A DNA stretch of 64,000 nucleotides from Bugula neritina (taxonomy: Eukaryota; Animalia; Bryozoa). The notes under the pieces were generated by a model. The model saw only the letters and a program-made list of their open reading frames with translations. It was not told where the DNA came from and did not search any database. The first letter of the stretch is position 1, and the number at the start of each line of letters is the position of its first letter. The stretch covers positions 7,140,698 to 7,204,697 of the forward strand of contig OZ037765.1 of assembly GCA_964035545.1 (NCBI GenBank), read 5' to 3'. Of the stretch, positions 61,501 through 64,000 are shown piece after piece. The translations under genes were made by a program, and so were the position numbers.

Positions 61501-63737
61501 ATGAGCCAGGGCTGTGCCTTTGAAGATGTTACTGTCAAACGCCATGTGCCTTTTCAAGGTATGCATTTAAATATAGATTTAGTTATGACATCAAACCAAA
61601 GACTCGTAAAGTAATAAATTAAACTTAGAAATACTAACCAGTATAGAGCCAATAGGAGAAAGATTTACTAGTATAGAGCCAATAGGAGAAAGACTTACCA
61701 GTATAGAGCCAATAGGAGAAAGACTTCAGATTTTTATTTCCATTAGATAACAGTCTGTATAAAAAAAGGCAACTATGAAACTTGCTTTAAGATAAAGCTA
61801 AACAGTCGAGAGGGACACTATACGCTTTTATTTCATCAAATTTTTTACTCAAATAAATATTTGTTTAGCTTTTAAACAGAAGCTTTAAATGAAAATTTTT
61901 CACGTAAATAAACTTAAAGCTCATAATTCAATATTTGAAAAATAACATCCATTTTAGTTAGGGCCAGATTATTCTGCTACATGAAATACAAATACTGCAT
62001 TTTCAAAATTCAAACTTAATACAAAACAAAACCTTTAACTATATTTGTAAGTTTTATAACATCTCAAAAATAAAATACTGTCTGTATAGACATATAATAT
62101 GTCGTACATATTTTAGTTTATAGATATGCATTTTCAACTGCTCTATTTTATTCAAGGGAGCAGCCGTGGTCTAGGGGATAGAGCGATGGCTTAATAAACA
62201 CGAAGTCATGGGTTTCATTGGTGTTGCTAAAAAGAACATTTAGTCATCCTTTGCCACAATAATGAAACCGTCCTTAGCCCACTTTAAAAAACACTTTCTA
62301 TCAGGGTTTCCCACAGGGACAGCGACTATAAACTCACGCGAGTTTTTGTACATCAAATTCAAATAAAAATAGGTAAAAGCTAAATAAAACGAGCTTTAGT
62401 AGCTGATCAACGAATGCGCCAATTTCATATATTACTACAGTTTACTTGTTCAAGCTATCATATACATTGCACGGCATCTGTATATCATAACTATCAGTCA
62501 TACTAAACCTAGAACTAACACATACCCTTGCATTTCATTTATTTTCAGTCTCAGGCTGGCACACGCATACAAAGCAGACTCCACGCTGTCGGTGTTTAAC
62601 CCTATGACGCCGAAAGTGTCCGTCCATTGAGAAAGGCCGTGCAGGTCATTCAGATGGTAAAATATTGCCTCTACAGCACTGTGGATATAAAAACAAAATA
62701 TCTATCTAAATAGAAGACCATAACATTATCTAAGTTGATAAATGACAGGCATTTTATTGGAAAATTTAATGCTTTGTACATATTTTTTATCAAGTTCAAT
62801 AATACCTCAATTCATCTTACTCTATTATGTAAAGTATAAAAGCTACCCAATAAATATGTAATTCAAGCCTCAATATTATCTTAATACTTTTCAAGTATAG
62901 AACAATATTAATTAATACAACTTTAAAAAAAAGAGAAAGTGGTCTAAACAATCACAACTAATGCATATGCCTGAAATAGGCATCAAATTGTGGCGAAAAT
63001 AAATTGCAGTAATCTAGAAGAAACAAAGTTATGCATTAACAAACAGACCACATTGAGCAGTAAATTTAAATTTTAATAAACGGTGAAACTATGACATCAA
63101 ACTACAACAATACACAAAACAAAACTAGTTAGAATAGAGAGTGGGTGTACCCCTGCATGTTTACGGTTAGTAACTCCTGCATAGTCTTGTAATACGTCTG
63201 CAGAGTAACTCCTAACTTCTTCATACCCCTTTCAGTGATGGTGTCGGTTAGAAAAACCTTCAACTCTTCACTCGGGGTGCCAAAGAGCAGCAGCTCTAGA
63301 AAGTCGTTCAACACTGTTCCTTCCCCTGCAAGCTAATACAACAACACATACTTTTATCATGCTTTATTCATTGCAGCTCATGATAACATAACTATAGTGC
63401 ATATCACATTATAGCGCATATCAAACTATAGCGCATATCACATTATAGCGCATATTACATTATAGCACATATCAAACTATAGCACACATCACACTATATC
63501 ATGCTGCACATTTTATTCAACTAGAATCTAGATATTAAAACATACTAAATATTACAGCACAGCAAAACCTTTCCAAACATTAATAAACTATATACTTGCA
63601 ACTATGCAAGACTCAGAGATTGCTTTTGGCACTAACTCACCTGTTTTTGTGTAGAAAAATGATTGAGTTTGCGGTCTAGCTCCAACAAACCATCTTCCCA
63701 AGCTTCAGTCATCTTTGTAATGCTGGCATCACAATGC
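46570..63737 (-). CDS. ANAPC4: Anaphase-promoting complex subunit 4, 3' part (gene starts beyond the window end)
   Basis: Approximate exons 63641-63737 (MTEAWEDGLLELDRKL), 63151-63332 (DFLELLLFGTPSEEL...GMKKLG), 62526-62679 (FYHLNDLHGLSQW), 61699-61754 (KSFSYWLY), 60821-60921, 60213-60339 (RLERVGQYLKD), 59613-59710, 58443-58519, 57819-57938, 57365-57424, 47548-47697 (DFDYYQDEEIVVLL), 47113-47224 and 46570-46704 (RVRLF...acidic tail). They match recalled human APC4 motifs in order. Confidence 0.93.
48437..53184 (+). CDS. Secreted Tae4-family (T6SS peptidoglycan amidase effector) homolog, dae4-like, catalytic dyad substituted; nested in an ANAPC4 intron
   Basis: Exon 1, 48437-48517 (MAQWLHTGRKMERLVVVLVTLISLTHT, donor GTAAGT), is signal-peptide-like. 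Exon 2, 50767-51292, carries the domain: LPTWKQL...DTSALRLSFALN...SVKGRDGQQYIYR...LKGKRGIVRF...ARIALWDC...VEFWELP. Recalled Tae4 reads RPAF...NACPIRMSYVLN...TVTGSDKKRYMFR...FAGKQGIIIF...GHVTLWNG...ATFWSL. Probable exon 3 is 53165-53184 (DSSCPS*). Total ~208 aa. The domain call is firm; exons 1 and 3 are inferred from splice signals and phase. Confidence 0.82.
58292..58430. repeat. ~11-bp tandem repeat (TATATACACAC)
   Basis: Repeated CTATATACACA units. Confidence 0.9.
59152..59505. mobile_element. MITE-like element related to 4519-4926, with an internal inverted repeat
   Basis: Starts GCATGGTGCCACATTAGATGGATT, the same terminus as the 4519 MITE. Contains a ~55-bp inverted repeat, 59223-59276 versus 59446-59500. 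Confidence 0.65.
61637..61726. repeat. 30-bp x3 tandem repeat overlapping an ANAPC4 exon end and splice donor
   Basis: AC(C/T)AGTATAGAGCCAATAGGAGAAAGA(T/C)TT three times. Confidence 0.95.
62156..62347 (+). mobile_element. tRNA-derived SINE, copy 4
   Basis: GGGAGCAGCCGTGGTCTAGGGGATAGAGCG...CACGAAGTCATGGGTTTC...GTCCTTAGCCC...CACAGGGACAGCGACTATAAACT. Confidence 0.75.
63388..63498. repeat. 17-bp minisatellite
   Basis: CACATTATAGCGCATAT-like units, ~6 copies. Confidence 0.85.
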
Positions 63738-63898
63738 TAACAATTGTATTACCAGGTGAGCTAACAATATGTAGTACCAGGTGGGCTAGCAATGTGTATT
63801 ACAAGGTGAGCTAACAATGTGTATTACAAGATGAGCAAATTACATGTATGAGTGTATATGAGTGTATATGAGTGTATATGAGTGTATATGAGTGTATA
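63735..63898. repeat. 25-bp and 10-bp tandem repeats
   Basis: GCTAACAATGTGTATTACAAGGTGA-like units followed by (TATGAGTGTA)n. Confidence 0.85.
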
Positions 63899-64000
63899 TC
63901 TTCGTATTAAGATACATAAAACATGCTGCAGAAGGCAAAATTCTATCAAGCCAATCTGACCACAAATGAATGAACACCTATTTCACTAGTAGTAGTATAA

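Overview
AT-rich, intron-rich animal genomic DNA. The gene set and intron style suggest an invertebrate, possibly a lophotrochozoan, but this is inference. No prokaryotic operons or CRISPR arrays are present. Manual splicing of exons gives five conserved genes: TTLL3/8-type tubulin glycylase (-, 5' part), focadhesin FOCAD (+, 6135-27755), OSTF1 (-, 28308-31115), CASTOR/GATSL (+, 35251-46033) and ANAPC4 (-, 46570 to beyond the window end). They form two head-to-head and two tail-to-tail pairs. Two complete genes are nested antisense inside introns. An FMRFamide-receptor-like GPCR lies in the first coding intron of FOCAD. The most notable feature is a spliced gene with a signal peptide, lying in a ~9.7 kb ANAPC4 intron. 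It encodes a homolog of the bacterial type VI secretion peptidoglycan amidase effector Tae4 (a 'domesticated amidase effector', dae4-like) with both catalytic residues replaced (Cys->Ser, His->Arg). Other points: a CASTOR lacking the arginine-binding Asp, a triplicated in-frame splice donor in ANAPC4, low-complexity tracts flanking both putative bidirectional promoters, four copies of a tRNA-derived SINE, MITEs, a LINE fragment and many minisatellites. All homology calls come from my recall of reference protein sequences, not from database searches.
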